Assembly: GCA_030605795.1 (NCBI GenBank)
Contig: JAUWHR010000010.1
Span: 818-64,817 of the forward strand
Source: Anaerolineae bacterium
Lineage (GTDB): Bacteria; Chloroflexota; Anaerolineae; Anaerolineales; E44-bin32
Length of the DNA stretch: 64,000 nucleotides
Direction: 5' to 3'
The notes beneath the pieces are model-generated. The model was not told the DNA's origin. It searched no databases and saw nothing but the letters and a program-made list of their open reading frames with translations. A program made the position numbers and the translations under genes. This document shows, piece by piece, positions 28,845 to 38,107 of the stretch (position 1 is its first letter; every line of letters starts with the position of its first letter).

Positions 28845-29000
28845 TATCTCCGATCCACGAATACATCATGCCGAACACACCCTGTAGCCGTAGGCTTTAG
28901 CTTGCAGCTACAATGTTGATTTGCTAATAGACCACAACCTACTGACGACTTGCCCCAACCAAATAAGTGGGTTAAGTTATAAGGCGCAAAAGGTGGACCA

Positions 29001-29219
29001 ATGGAATCTAAATCTCCATTCCTGCTGCTCGTAATTTGGAGCCTGTTCGGCGCTGTGTCCATCTTCCTAGCCAGGCTTGCAGCAAAGAAAGCTTCACCGC
29101 GAGATCCTGGTAAAAACAACGGATATAGAAACGTACTCTTGTCCGGTGTGAATTTGTTAGTGGTCGTAGCCATTATCCTTTGGGTCATTCTCATCATCAT
29201 TTTTATTATCCTGAACTAA
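29001..29219 (+). CDS. Small two-TM membrane protein (hypothetical)
   Basis: 72-aa ORF with two strongly hydrophobic helices. No family recognised; may not be expressed. Confidence 0.35.
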   Translation: MESKSPFLLLVIWSLFGAVSIFLARLAAKKASPRDPGKNNGYRNVLLSGVNLLVVVAIILWVILIIIFIILN

Positions 29220-29340
29220 ACGAGCAATCTTAAACTGTGATACTTGATGGGCAGTGGGGTTGCCATCAACCTTGGAACAAGTCCTCCACTTGCATCGTCT
29301 CTTGGATGGAGATTCGTAATACATAATTGGAGAGTTACAG

Positions 29341-29760
29341 ATGTACCCAAAGAGAAGTAGATTTACCAAAGTCAAAAATTCTATTGTGGTTATGCTGCTC
29401 ATGGCCATCATAGCCGCTGGCTGCGGACCTACAGGCGAGATCAGGCTCGACATGGCGGACAATGGTCGTCAGATTGAGGCCGAGGTAGGCCAGATCCTAG
29501 CCATCTCACTCGAGTCTAATCCGACAACAGGCTTCGGGTGGGAATTAGTCGAAATTGAAGATCCTATCCTGCAATTGATGGGAGAAGCGGAGTTCCAACC
29601 TTCTGAGTCAAAGGAGATTGTTGGCGCCGGAGGCACGGAAACCTTCCGTATTGAGGTAGTGAACACAGGTCAAACGACATTAACCTTAGTCTACCGTCGT
29701 TCCTGGGAAGAGGGAGTCGAACCCCTCGAGACTTTTCGCATTAACGTAATAGTTCACTGA
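29341..29760 (+). CDS. Chagasin-family (I42) cysteine-peptidase inhibitor, lipoprotein
   Basis: Lipobox MLLMAIIAAGC. NPTTGFGWEL motif plus GAGGTETF and the RRSWE region match the three chagasin/ICP loops. Confidence 0.8.
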   Translation: MYPKRSRFTKVKNSIVVMLLMAIIAAGCGPTGEIRLDMADNGRQIEAEVGQILAISLESNPTTGFGWELVEIEDPILQLMGEAEFQPSESKEIVGAGGTETFRIEVVNTGQTTLTLVYRRSWEEGVEPLETFRINVIVH

Positions 29761-29881
29761 TTGATGATTAAATAAAGAACCTTACTCAGCATACATAACA
29801 TACTCCATCCACAACCAGCGAAGTTGGCTTTCAATTAGACACTCCTCCCATTGACGGTGAATGGATTTGTTTGTATAATAC

Positions 29882-29899
29882 ATACCGACCGGTCGGTAT
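29882..29899. promoter_or_regulatory. Perfect 18-bp palindrome, candidate TetR operator
   Basis: ataccgaccggtcggtat is its own reverse complement. It lies 18 nt upstream of the TetR ATG (29917). Confidence 0.5.
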
Positions 29900-29916
29900 T
29901 ATCCTTCGAGGTCACA

Positions 29917-30516
29917 ATGAGTAAACAACAGCAACGATCAAAAGAGACCCGTACCCGCTTACTCAATGCTGCTGAGAAGTGTTTCGCCCAGGATGGATAC
30001 GACGCTGCTGGGGTGGCCAAGATCTGCCAATATGCCGGTGTGAGCAAGGGAGCCTTCTACCACCATTTCTCTAGTAAGCAAACGATCTTCATGGCACTAT
30101 TCAATCAATGGCTCGAAGGGTTGGACTTACAACTGACCAAACTCCGTGATGACATGGTGGACATACCGGATGGTCTCATTTCGATGGCCGCAGTCGTCCA
30201 AGATGTCATCCGAACAGCGGAGAATCAGCTTCCAATCTACCTTGAGTTCTTGAACCGAGCCACTCGCGATCCGAACATCTTACAGGCAATAACCGAGCCC
30301 TTCCACCGCTACCACGCTTTCTTCGCTGAAATGATCGAGGCGGGTATCTCCCGAGGCACGCTGCGACAGATTGATCCTGCGGTTGCGGCGAGGATGATTA
30401 TCTCGATGGGGGTTGGGCTGCTGATCCAAGGATTACTCGATCCTGCGGGTACTAATTGGGAATGGGCGACAGAGGAAAGTATAAAAATCATCCTTGGAGG
30501 TATGGTGAAGAGGTGA
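29917..30516 (+). CDS. TetR/AcrR-family transcriptional regulator
   Basis: RTRLLNAAEKCFAQDGYDAAGVAKICQYAGVSKGAFYHHFSSKQ helix-turn-helix signature. ATG 29917 preferred. Confidence 0.88.
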   Translation: MSKQQQRSKETRTRLLNAAEKCFAQDGYDAAGVAKICQYAGVSKGAFYHHFSSKQTIFMALFNQWLEGLDLQLTKLRDDMVDIPDGLISMAAVVQDVIRTAENQLPIYLEFLNRATRDPNILQAITEPFHRYHAFFAEMIEAGISRGTLRQIDPAVAARMIISMGVGLLIQGLLDPAGTNWEWATEESIKIILGGMVKR

Positions 30517-30520
30517 GAAT

Positions 30521-31489
30521 ATGAAAGTATTACTGACCGGCGCGTTGGGGAATATCGGATCCAGCACGCTGGAAGAACTCCTCTCGCGAGGTCATCAGGT
30601 AACCTGTTTTGATATCAAAACGAAGAAGAATGTAAGAACCTCCCAAAGGTTTAAAGGGGCAGCAGAGTTCGTTTGGGGGGATTTGCGTTGCGAGAGGGAT
30701 ATCGCCACCGCGGTGTATCACCAGGAGGTCGTTGTCCACCTGGCATTCGTCATCCCCAAGTTGTCGGCCACTGGGGTCAGCAGCGAGGATAATCCGGAAT
30801 GGGCCAGGTCTATCAATGTCGACGGCACTCGCAATCTACTGGATGTGATGAAGGACCAGTCTCGACCCCCGAAGATCCTGTTCACGTCATCTTTGCATGT
30901 CTATGGAAAAACGCAAGATCAGCCGCCGCCTCGCACGGTGGATGACATCCTTAATCCGGTTGAGCACTATGCCAAGCACAAAATTGAGTGTGAGCAGATG
31001 ATCAAAGGATCCGGTTTGGAGTGGGCTATTTTCCGATTGGGCGCTTCACTTCCGGTGCGCCTGGTGCTCGATCCTGGAATGTTTGATGTCCCTTTGGACA
31101 ACCGCATTGAGTTCATTCACCGGAAGGACGTAGGGCTGGCCATCGTCAATGCCCTGGAGTGTGACCAGGTGTGGGGTAAGACCTGGTTAATCGGTGGTGG
31201 CCCACGCTGTCAGCTCTACCAACGCGATCTCGTCACCAGGGTTCTGGAAGCGATTGGAGTTGGAATGCTGCCGAAAGACGCCTTTACCAAGGAACCCTAC
31301 CCTACCGATTGGTTGGATACCACCGAAAGCCAAAGGGTCCTGAAATTCCAGCGACGGACGCTGCAAGACTATATCCAGAATGTGACTGCGTTATTAGGCT
31401 TCCGACGCCATCTGATCAGGCTCTTTCGGCCGATCATTCGCGCGTGGTTATTGAGTAAATCCACTGCTTGGGGGATCAGGTCAAAGTAA
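30521..31489 (+). CDS. NAD-dependent epimerase/dehydratase (extended SDR)
   Basis: MKVLLTGALGNIGSS Rossmann start and YAKHK catalytic YxxxK. Starts 4 nt after the TetR stop. Confidence 0.85.
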   Translation: MKVLLTGALGNIGSSTLEELLSRGHQVTCFDIKTKKNVRTSQRFKGAAEFVWGDLRCERDIATAVYHQEVVVHLAFVIPKLSATGVSSEDNPEWARSINVDGTRNLLDVMKDQSRPPKILFTSSLHVYGKTQDQPPPRTVDDILNPVEHYAKHKIECEQMIKGSGLEWAIFRLGASLPVRLVLDPGMFDVPLDNRIEFIHRKDVGLAIVNALECDQVWGKTWLIGGGPRCQLYQRDLVTRVLEAIGVGMLPKDAFTKEPYPTDWLDTTESQRVLKFQRRTLQDYIQNVTALLGFRRHLIRLFRPIIRAWLLSKSTAWGIRSK

Positions 31490-31575
31490 GAACAGGCTCC
31501 CATGCCAGATCTAGCGGAGACATGGGAGTCGCATCTGCAGTGATATTTCGTTAGGTCGAGTACTTCAACAATTTT

Positions 31576-31697
31576 GTAACTACTCACCCTCCCGCAGGTT
31601 TAGATGTTGTTTTGACATAGAATCGCGTCTCGACCGGATATTCAAACCCAGAAATGCTCTCTGTCATAACCTGCGGGAGGGTAGGCTGAGTAGTCAC
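31576..31697 (+). mobile_element. MITE family A (122 bp), copy A1
   Basis: gtaactactcaccctcccgcaggtt ... aacctgcgggagggtaggctgagtagtcac. Flanked by CAATTTT on both sides. Confidence 0.9.
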
Positions 31698-31774
31698 CAA
31701 TTTTTTATGATATGGATGACAGGAATTTTTATTTCAACCATTTTTGATTTCTGCGGGAGATCCCGTTTATATTT

Positions 31775-32659
31775 TCACGAAGTGATATCCTGACGCTGAA
31801 AGATGATGATCGCAAGGCCCACTAATCCGATCACCCACATTATCAGGATTGCAAAAGAATCCCCCATGCCGAGTACGGCAGTGAAGCCTGGAACGACAAT
31901 AGTGTTAGCACTGCCGTGGATGAACCAATGACGAAGGTTATCCATATTGTAGGTTGGTGTGTATTGGTAGAGGTTGGTTAGCGCAGGGACCTGCAATAGG
32001 TTGCGTAAGAATAGTAATGCGCCGAGCGACATCGCGTCAATCACTGAGAAGAAAAAACCAAGCAACAATCCGCCCAAGATTGAACGGGTCACCATGGCCG
32101 ACAAAGCCGCAAAGCCTCCTAAAATCATGAGTGAGAAAAGACCGATTAGCATCGTCTGCGCATAGAGCTTTAGGAATTCAACCAAGACCTCCCCACTCCA
32201 CTCCGGTCCATATGGCAGATCATGAATGTGATGAGATACACTCCACCCCACACCGACGATCAACGAGGTGAGGACCAGGGAGAGCATGACAATCGTGATC
32301 AGGACCACCAGCTTGCTGGCGATCAGCAACGGTCGTCGGTTGCGGGGGAGGATGTTCTTCCAGGTACCCCATTGATACTCGCCAGCGAAGCCAACCGCCA
32401 TGAAAGCCAATGGCATCATCCGTCCAAAGAGATTCCCTGGGAACGAAATCACAACTGCCCAGATACCTAGCATATCCGATGTCCACAGTCCCGTGCTAAA
32501 CGCAGAAGGAATCTGCCTCATGGTTTCAGAGACATAGCCCATTATTGTAAAAATGATAATTAGCGACGCAAATCCGACAGGTAAAATCCATATTAAGAAG
32601 CTGGTAAGCAGATGATTCTTAGCTGTTTTAATCCACTCAGCACGCAAGAGGCTAAACAT
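31775..32659 (-). CDS. ABC-2-type transporter permease
   Basis: About 6 TM helices. 8-nt overlap (ATGTTTAG) with the upstream ATPase gene when started at ATG 32659. Confidence 0.75.
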   Translation of the reverse strand: MFSLLRAEWIKTAKNHLLTSFLIWILPVGFASLIIIFTIMGYVSETMRQIPSAFSTGLWTSDMLGIWAVVISFPGNLFGRMMPLAFMAVGFAGEYQWGTWKNILPRNRRPLLIASKLVVLITIVMLSLVLTSLIVGVGWSVSHHIHDLPYGPEWSGEVLVEFLKLYAQTMLIGLFSLMILGGFAALSAMVTRSILGGLLLGFFFSVIDAMSLGALLFLRNLLQVPALTNLYQYTPTYNMDNLRHWFIHGSANTIVVPGFTAVLGMGDSFAILIMWVIGLVGLAIIIFQRQDITS

Positions 32660-33611
32660 GGGTGTCCTCCTTGTTCCCTCCAATACTTTTGGTGATTACA
32701 CCCTCCTGCGTAGCGTCTATGAAGTACTCTTCCAGAGTACGTTTACGTACGATCACCTGATGCACATGAATATCATTGGTTACCAGGCGTGCCACTACGA
32801 GGTGGCCCTCTTCGGGTGGCGCTGAAACGATTAACCACTCACCATCGATAGGCACTTCCCAGGTTTCCTGCAACACTTGTAACGCTGATTCTTGAGGGGA
32901 AGCTTGCACGCGTAATTGAGCCTGTCCTTCCGCCAACAGGTCAGATACTACGCCCTCACGCACAATCTTTCCATGGTTGATGATCGCCACCCGATCGCAA
33001 ACTTGCTCCACTTCATGCAGTAAATGGCTTGACAGGAAAACGGTTACCCCTGCTTGCTTGGCCAGTCCGCGGATGAAGGCCCGCATCTCCTGTCGTCCCC
33101 CGGGATCAAGACCGTTAGTTGGTTCGTCGAGTATCATCAGTTCGGGATCACCCAATAACGCTCCCGCTATGCCCAGTCGCTGTTTCATTCCGGTTGAGTA
33201 GCTACTAACCCGTCGGTTGGCCTCGCCAGCTAAACCAACCTGCTCAAGCAGTGCTTCGATACGCTTAGGACGGTAGTTACCCGCTGTACGCGCCAGCACC
33301 TCCAAGTTATCTCGCCCGTTCAAATAACCGTAGAACGTGGCATCCTCGACCAGGGCACCCACCCGTCGCAACACCCCTGGATTACGACGAACATCCTGAC
33401 CATAAATAAAAGCCGCGCCTTTAGTTGGTCGGATTAAATCCACCAATAAGCGAATCGTAGTGGTCTTTCCGGCACCGTTCGGTCCCAGAAAGCCGAAAAT
33501 CTGGCCTGTTTGGATCTCCAGGTTCAAGTTCACCACAGCCTGAACTGCCTTTTCTCCTCGTCCAAACGTTTTGCTGAGATTTTCAAGACGGATCGCGGTC
33601 TTCTCACTCAT
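32652..33611 (-). CDS. ABC transporter ATP-binding protein
   Basis: Walker A GPNGAGKTT, signature YSTGMKQRL, Walker B LMILDEPTNGLD. Has a C-terminal extension typical of ABC-2 exporters. Confidence 0.92.
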   Translation of the reverse strand: MSEKTAIRLENLSKTFGRGEKAVQAVVNLNLEIQTGQIFGFLGPNGAGKTTTIRLLVDLIRPTKGAAFIYGQDVRRNPGVLRRVGALVEDATFYGYLNGRDNLEVLARTAGNYRPKRIEALLEQVGLAGEANRRVSSYSTGMKQRLGIAGALLGDPELMILDEPTNGLDPGGRQEMRAFIRGLAKQAGVTVFLSSHLLHEVEQVCDRVAIINHGKIVREGVVSDLLAEGQAQLRVQASPQESALQVLQETWEVPIDGEWLIVSAPPEEGHLVVARLVTNDIHVHQVIVRKRTLEEYFIDATQEGVITKSIGGNKEDTHV

Positions 33612-33781
33612 ATAATCAACCCTTATCCTGCATCACAGATCATGAATTCGTTAACTTAATTGTGAAAACAACAATATCAATACACCCAGCGATTTATTAC
33701 TATATACGAAATTTTACCCACCCACAGCCATGACCAAGGTACGCACAAACAGCGCGTCGGTGCGCATGCTGGGAGAAAATT

Positions 33782-33898
33782 TCATCTGCAGGCGATCACG
33801 AAACCACCACAATCAATACATGCCTCGGTCACAACCAGTATTGTCTCGTCCAGGGTTATCGCCTCGACCGGACAGATGCTGACAGACTGACAAGGTAA
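33782..33898 (-). pseudogene. Possible relic of a 2x[4Fe-4S] ferredoxin
   Basis: A 39-codon stop-to-stop frame reads LPCQSVSICPVEAITLDETILVVTEACIDCGGFVIACR*. It resembles C..C..C...CP...AI...C..CG.C...CP with the cysteine pattern broken and no start codon. Confidence 0.3.
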
Positions 33899-34018
33899 TT
33901 ACACCGACGATGGTAGTCCAGCTAAAATCATAGTCTGTTTTCAAGACTGGTCAATCTGCCCTCCAGTTAGGCACCTTGGCTGGTCGCTGTCCAAGCTAAG
34001 TGTTTACCCGAAAAACAC

Positions 34019-34049
34019 TTGACTCTGCCCCATGGGTAGGGCGCATAAT
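34019..34049 (+). promoter_or_regulatory. MerR-type promoter (19-bp spacer) of the MerR/GyrI gene
   Basis: TTGACT (34019-34024), a 19-nt spacer ctgccccatgggtagggcg containing the cccatggg palindrome, then CATAAT (34044-34049). The ATG lies 7 nt after the -10, so the mRNA is probably leaderless. Confidence 0.5.
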
Positions 34050-34056
34050 AAAGCAC

Positions 34057-34884
34057 ATGGGGAACATTACACACGACCTGATGCCAATCGGCCGATTTGC
34101 AGAAGCCTCACGCCTATCGATCAAAGCATTACGTTTATACGATAAGGTTGGCTTACTGCCGCCGATATATGTTGATCACGACTCAGGCTATCGTTTTTAT
34201 AGCCAGGATCAGCTGGCGAGAGCCAAGCTTATCCTCCTGTTGCGTCGTATTGAAATGCCGCTAGCGATGATCTCCCAAGTCCTTGAAACGGAAGAGGAGG
34301 AGGCCATCGCCTTGCTTAAGACATACTGGCAGGGAGTTGAGGACAAGGTCGCCAAAGGCCGTAAGGTAGTGTCGTATCTCTACAAGTTATTGCAGGGTGA
34401 GGAGGAACGAATGACATACGATGTCCATACCAAACAAGTGCCCAAGATGAAGGTTGTAAGCATCTGTCGTGAGGTCTCGATCGATGAGCTCATTAATTAT
34501 TTACAAAACTCAATACAAACCCTAACTGAATCTACTACCGCTCAAGGTGGCGAGGTGATGGGTCCCCCAATGGGGATATATCATGGCGAAGTAAACGAGG
34601 ACAGCGACGGTCCGGTCGAGGTCTGCTTACCTGTGAAGGGCGACATCGAACCTAGCGGAGAAATCGTAACCAGAGAATTAGCAACGAGCCAAGTGGCGTA
34701 TACCAACGTGACTTTCGATCAGGCGGAGTTCCCCCAGATCCTGCAAGCTTACGATGCGGTTTATAAATGGATACAGAGGAACGGGCATGAAATAACAGGT
34801 TCACCGCGCGAGATTTACCTACATAGCTCCAAGGTCATCGACCCAGACGAGTATTTCATCGAGATCACCTGGCCCTACGATTGA
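34057..34884 (+). CDS. MerR-family regulator with GyrI-like effector-binding domain
   Basis: MPIGRFAEASRLSIKALRLYDKVGLL.P..VD..SGYRFY is the MerR HTH. The C-terminal ~150 aa are GyrI/BmrR-like. Confidence 0.88.
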   Translation: MGNITHDLMPIGRFAEASRLSIKALRLYDKVGLLPPIYVDHDSGYRFYSQDQLARAKLILLLRRIEMPLAMISQVLETEEEEAIALLKTYWQGVEDKVAKGRKVVSYLYKLLQGEEERMTYDVHTKQVPKMKVVSICREVSIDELINYLQNSIQTLTESTTAQGGEVMGPPMGIYHGEVNEDSDGPVEVCLPVKGDIEPSGEIVTRELATSQVAYTNVTFDQAEFPQILQAYDAVYKWIQRNGHEITGSPREIYLHSSKVIDPDEYFIEITWPYD

Positions 34885-35190
34885 CCGGCTCTTACGGTTC
34901 CCGAATACCTGCCATCAACCGTTTGATCAATATACCGCACATTCTCTGAGTCAAGACGCTAACAGGGCATCACAGGCGTCAAACCTCACCTGGGTATATT
35001 CCACAGTAAGGAAGTAGTAAATCGACGTTCTGGGGCGCTCTCAGACTGCCTGGAACGGAGTGGTGGGTGCTTCCTCAAAGATTCATAGCTGAAAATCGCT
35101 TATTTTGCCTCCACAACCGCCTTTTCACCTTTATCGCCCCCTTAAACCATCAAACCGACCGGATGAAAAAACATCCATCATTGCTGGTTT

Positions 35191-35312
35191 GTGACTACTC
35201 AGCCTACCCTCCCGCAGGTTATGACTGAGAGCATTTATTGGTTTGAATATCCGGTCGAGACGCGATTCTATGTCAAACCAATATCTAAACCTGCGGGAGG
35301 GTGAGTAGTTAC
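35191..35312 (-). mobile_element. MITE family A, copy A2 (inverted)
   Basis: gtgactactcagcctaccctcccgcaggtt ... aacctgcgggagggtgagtagttac. 8-bp flanks GCTGGTTT / GCTGGTTC. Confidence 0.9.
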
Positions 35313-35376
35313 GCTGGTTCTAAGGCACAAAACCGTTTAAATCTCTATTTCTAGAATCGACCAATAAATCACGAAT

Positions 35377-35760
35377 TCATTCCGCTTGTATTCGCTCGTC
35401 TCTCAATTTCTTAAAAGCTTGGAGTGCTTCCGCCATGTCAGATTGTAAGGTTTGAAGAGTCATCAGATCTAGTGTTTTATCCAGCTTATGAGCCACTTCA
35501 ACAATACTATTAGCTGCTTTTTCTAACTCCTTCAAGTCCTGCAGTTCTTTTTCGATTTCCTGCAATCTAATTTCAAGTTCTTGTTTTACCGACTCCTCCC
35601 TGACAAGCTTTTCTTGTTCAAGCCTATACTTTTCATACTCTCTATCGATGGCTAGGGCTATGATGTTGGCTTTTGTATCTCCTCTGACCTCAGCAAGCTC
35701 GGTAATTTGTTCATCTGTTATCTTGCTGACCCGGGAGGAGATTAGCTTCTTAGCTGCCAT
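35377..35760 (-). CDS. Ribbon-helix-helix-like N-terminus plus long coiled coil (hypothetical)
   Basis: 127 aa. SSRVSKITDEQITELAEVRGDTKANIIALAIDREY resembles a CopG/RHH fold, followed by heptad-rich EKLVREESVKQELEIRLQEIEKELQDLKELEK. Good SD (GGAGGGTG). Lies in an AT-rich islet. Confidence 0.55.
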   Translation of the reverse strand: MAAKKLISSRVSKITDEQITELAEVRGDTKANIIALAIDREYEKYRLEQEKLVREESVKQELEIRLQEIEKELQDLKELEKAANSIVEVAHKLDKTLDLMTLQTLQSDMAEALQAFKKLRDERIQAE

Positions 35761-35784
35761 TTATCACCCTCCATAATGAAATCG

Positions 35785-35833
35785 TATATCATATTGACAT
35801 ACACATTATATATCATTTTGATATACACATCAA
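35785..35833 (-). promoter_or_regulatory. Sigma-70-type promoter overlapped by two 21-bp direct repeats (candidate operator)
   Basis: On the minus strand: TTGATG (35833-35828), 17 nt, TATAAT (35810-35805). Direct repeats tatatcatattgacatacaca (35785-35805) and tatatcattttgatatacaca (35809-35829) are 19/21 identical with a 24-bp period. Confidence 0.5.
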
Positions 35834-36214
35834 AGGAGGTATACCAATTCGAAAAACGAGATCCTTCGCTTCGCTCAGGATGACATTATAAAGCTCAGCT
35901 ATTCTCCAAGATATTTGAAGAAATGAGAATTTCACTTTGACATCTACCATTCCAAAACGAGCTCCCATACCCGTTCTAGCTGGGTCGTGAGAGCTTCCTG
36001 CGCAGTGATTTTCCGTTAGGATGAGTGCCTAAATATTATATGAATGTTACGGATAATGAATATCTTATCTCTGCTTTACAGACTTTCTAGAGGAGATCGA
36101 ATTTTTATAAAGAGTACTTCCCGACCATTTAGGGGAGTCCTTTGAGTGTTGTTACGTGAGGATGTAACTATTTTTTCAATATATGCTGCTATACCTTGCC
36201 GCCCTTGTTACCCA

Positions 36215-38053
36215 CTACTCCACCGTAACACTCTTCGCTAGGTTGCGCGGTTGGTCGACGTCGGCGCCGCGCAGTACGGCGATGTGGTAGGCTAGCAGCT
36301 GCAGCGGGATGGTGGTCGTGACCGGGCTTAACAGCCACGGCGTCTCGGGGACCCACAAAATGTGATCGGCGATCGGCGGCAGTAGTTCATCACCGTCAGT
36401 TGCCACTGCTATCACCACCCCACCTCGCGCCTTGGTCTGCTCGATCTGGCTCAGCATCTTCTCATACCAAGGGTCATGCGTGCAAATGGCGACTACAGGC
36501 ATCTCCTCGTCGATCAACGCGATCGGGCCGTGTTTCATCTCCCCCGCTGGATAGGCTTCGGCGTGGATGTAGGAGATCTCCTTTAGCTTCAACGCGCCCT
36601 CGTAGGCGATAGGCATGTTGATCCCCCGCCCAAGGTAGAGGCAGTGGTAAACGTCCTTCAGCGCCCAGGCAACTTGTTTGGCTTGATCCGCTCGGTCGAG
36701 ACACTGCCCTACTAGATCTGGAATCAATCGCAAGTCGGCTACCAACTGTCGCCTGCGATCCGCATCTAGCGCACCTCGCAAGTCACCGAGAAGGATCGCT
36801 AACATGTAAAGATCTACTAATGGTGCGGTGAAAGCCTTGCTCGAGGCGACCGCAATCTCCGGGCCAACTTGCATACTGATGTGGCCATCGGCTATGCGCA
36901 TTGCTTGCGAGCCGATCGCATTCACGATGCTCCAGAGCGTCGCCCCGCAGCGGCGCGCTTCATTCATCGCCGCCAACGTGTCGGCCGTCTCACCCGATTG
37001 ACTGATAGCTAACACAACCGTACGCTCATCCACCAGCGGATCCCGGTAGCGAAACTCGGAAGCGATATCCACCTCCACCGGGAGGCGGGCAATACGCTCG
37101 ATGAGGATCTTGCCCACCATAGCGGCGTGCGCTGCCGTCCCACAAGCGATGATTACCATCCTCTGGATTCGACTAGCTAATTCTGGTGTAAGGTTGAGCC
37201 CCGGTAGGATAATCCGACCAGCTTCGAAATCCACTCGTCCGCCAATCGTATCAGTGATAGAGCGGACCTGCTCGTAGATCTCCTTCAGCATAAAGTGCTT
37301 ATATTCACCCTTTTCGGCTGAAACCGGATCCCAAGCGACGGACTGGATCTCAGGCTCGATCGGTTCACCCTGCAATGTGATCACTTCAAAGCCATCCCTA
37401 GTCACGATCGCCATTTGGCTTGATTCGAGGAAAGCCATCCGCCGGGTGTGCTCTAGGATAGCCGGGATGTCGGAGGCGACATACATCTCCCCCTCCCCAA
37501 CGCCGATCACCACTCCGCCGGCGTTTCCCACCCGAGCGGCGACGATCTTATCAGGTTCACGAACCGACATCAACACAATCCCATGTGCGCCTTCAAGGTG
37601 AGTGATCGATCTACGGGCAGCCTCCGCCAGATTATGCCCCATCGCCATGTAGCGTTCTACCAAGTGAACGATAATTTCCGTATCGGTGTCGGAATTAAAT
37701 GTCACCCCCTCAGCGACCATTTCCTCCCGCAAGGTGAGGAAATTCTCGACGATTCCGTTGTGGACAACTACCACCTCCCCGGAAGCGCCAACGTGAGGAT
37801 GCGCGTTGCGAGCGCTGGGCGCGCCGTGAGTCGCCCAGCGGGTGTGGCCGATACCAATCTGACCATGGACCGGCTCCCGGTCCAAGAGTTCTCCAAGTCG
37901 ATCTAATTTCCCCTCATCTCGGCGGACGACAATCACCCCCTGCTCGATCACCGCCAAACCGGCCGAGTCGTAACCTCGGTATTCCAGGCGTTTAAGGCCT
38001 TCAAAGATAATCGGTGTCGCGTCGCGTTCACCGACGTAACCGACAATACCGCA
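36215..38053 (-). CDS. glmS: Glutamine--fructose-6-phosphate aminotransferase
   Basis: MCGIVGYVG Ntn-Cys start (ATG 38053), two SIS domains, C-terminal AKSVTVE. The track ORF extends upstream into the ribozyme. Confidence 0.95.
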   Translation of the reverse strand, partial: CGIVGYVGERDATPIIFEGLKRLEYRGYDSAGLAVIEQGVIVVRRDEGKLDRLGELLDREPVHGQIGIGHTRWATHGAPSARNAHPHVGASGEVVVVHNGIVENFLTLREEMVAEGVTFNSDTDTEIIVHLVERYMAMGHNLAEAARRSITHLEGAHGIVLMSVREPDKIVAARVGNAGGVVIGVGEGEMYVASDIPAILEHTRRMAFLESSQMAIVTRDGFEVITLQGEPIEPEIQSVAWDPVSAEKGEYKHFMLKEIYEQVRSITDTIGGRVDFEAGRIILPGLNLTPELASRIQRMVIIACGTAAHAAMVGKILIERIARLPVEVDIASEFRYRDPLVDERTVVLAISQSGETADTLAAMNEARRCGATLWSIVNAIGSQAMRIADGHISMQVGPEIAVASSKAFTAPLVDLYMLAILLGDLRGALDADRRRQLVADLRLIPDLVGQCLDRADQAKQVAWALKDVYHCLYLGRGINMPIAYEGALKLKEISYIHAEAYPAGEMKHGPIALIDEEMPVVAICTHDPWYEKMLSQIEQTKARGGVVIAVATDGDELLPPIADHILWVPETPWLLSPVTTTIPLQLLAYHIAVLRGADVDQPRNLAKSVTVE

Positions 38054-38107
38054 CATGGATATCCTCCATGAATAATTTGAATTTGGGTTTATTGCCACTC
38101 CTCATGG

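Noticed and set aside
28841-29200. 119-aa minus-strand ORF downstream of the zupT relic.
   Set aside because: No motif and a poor start context. It overlaps the more plausible two-TM small ORF on the other strand in a decaying region. It cannot be supported.
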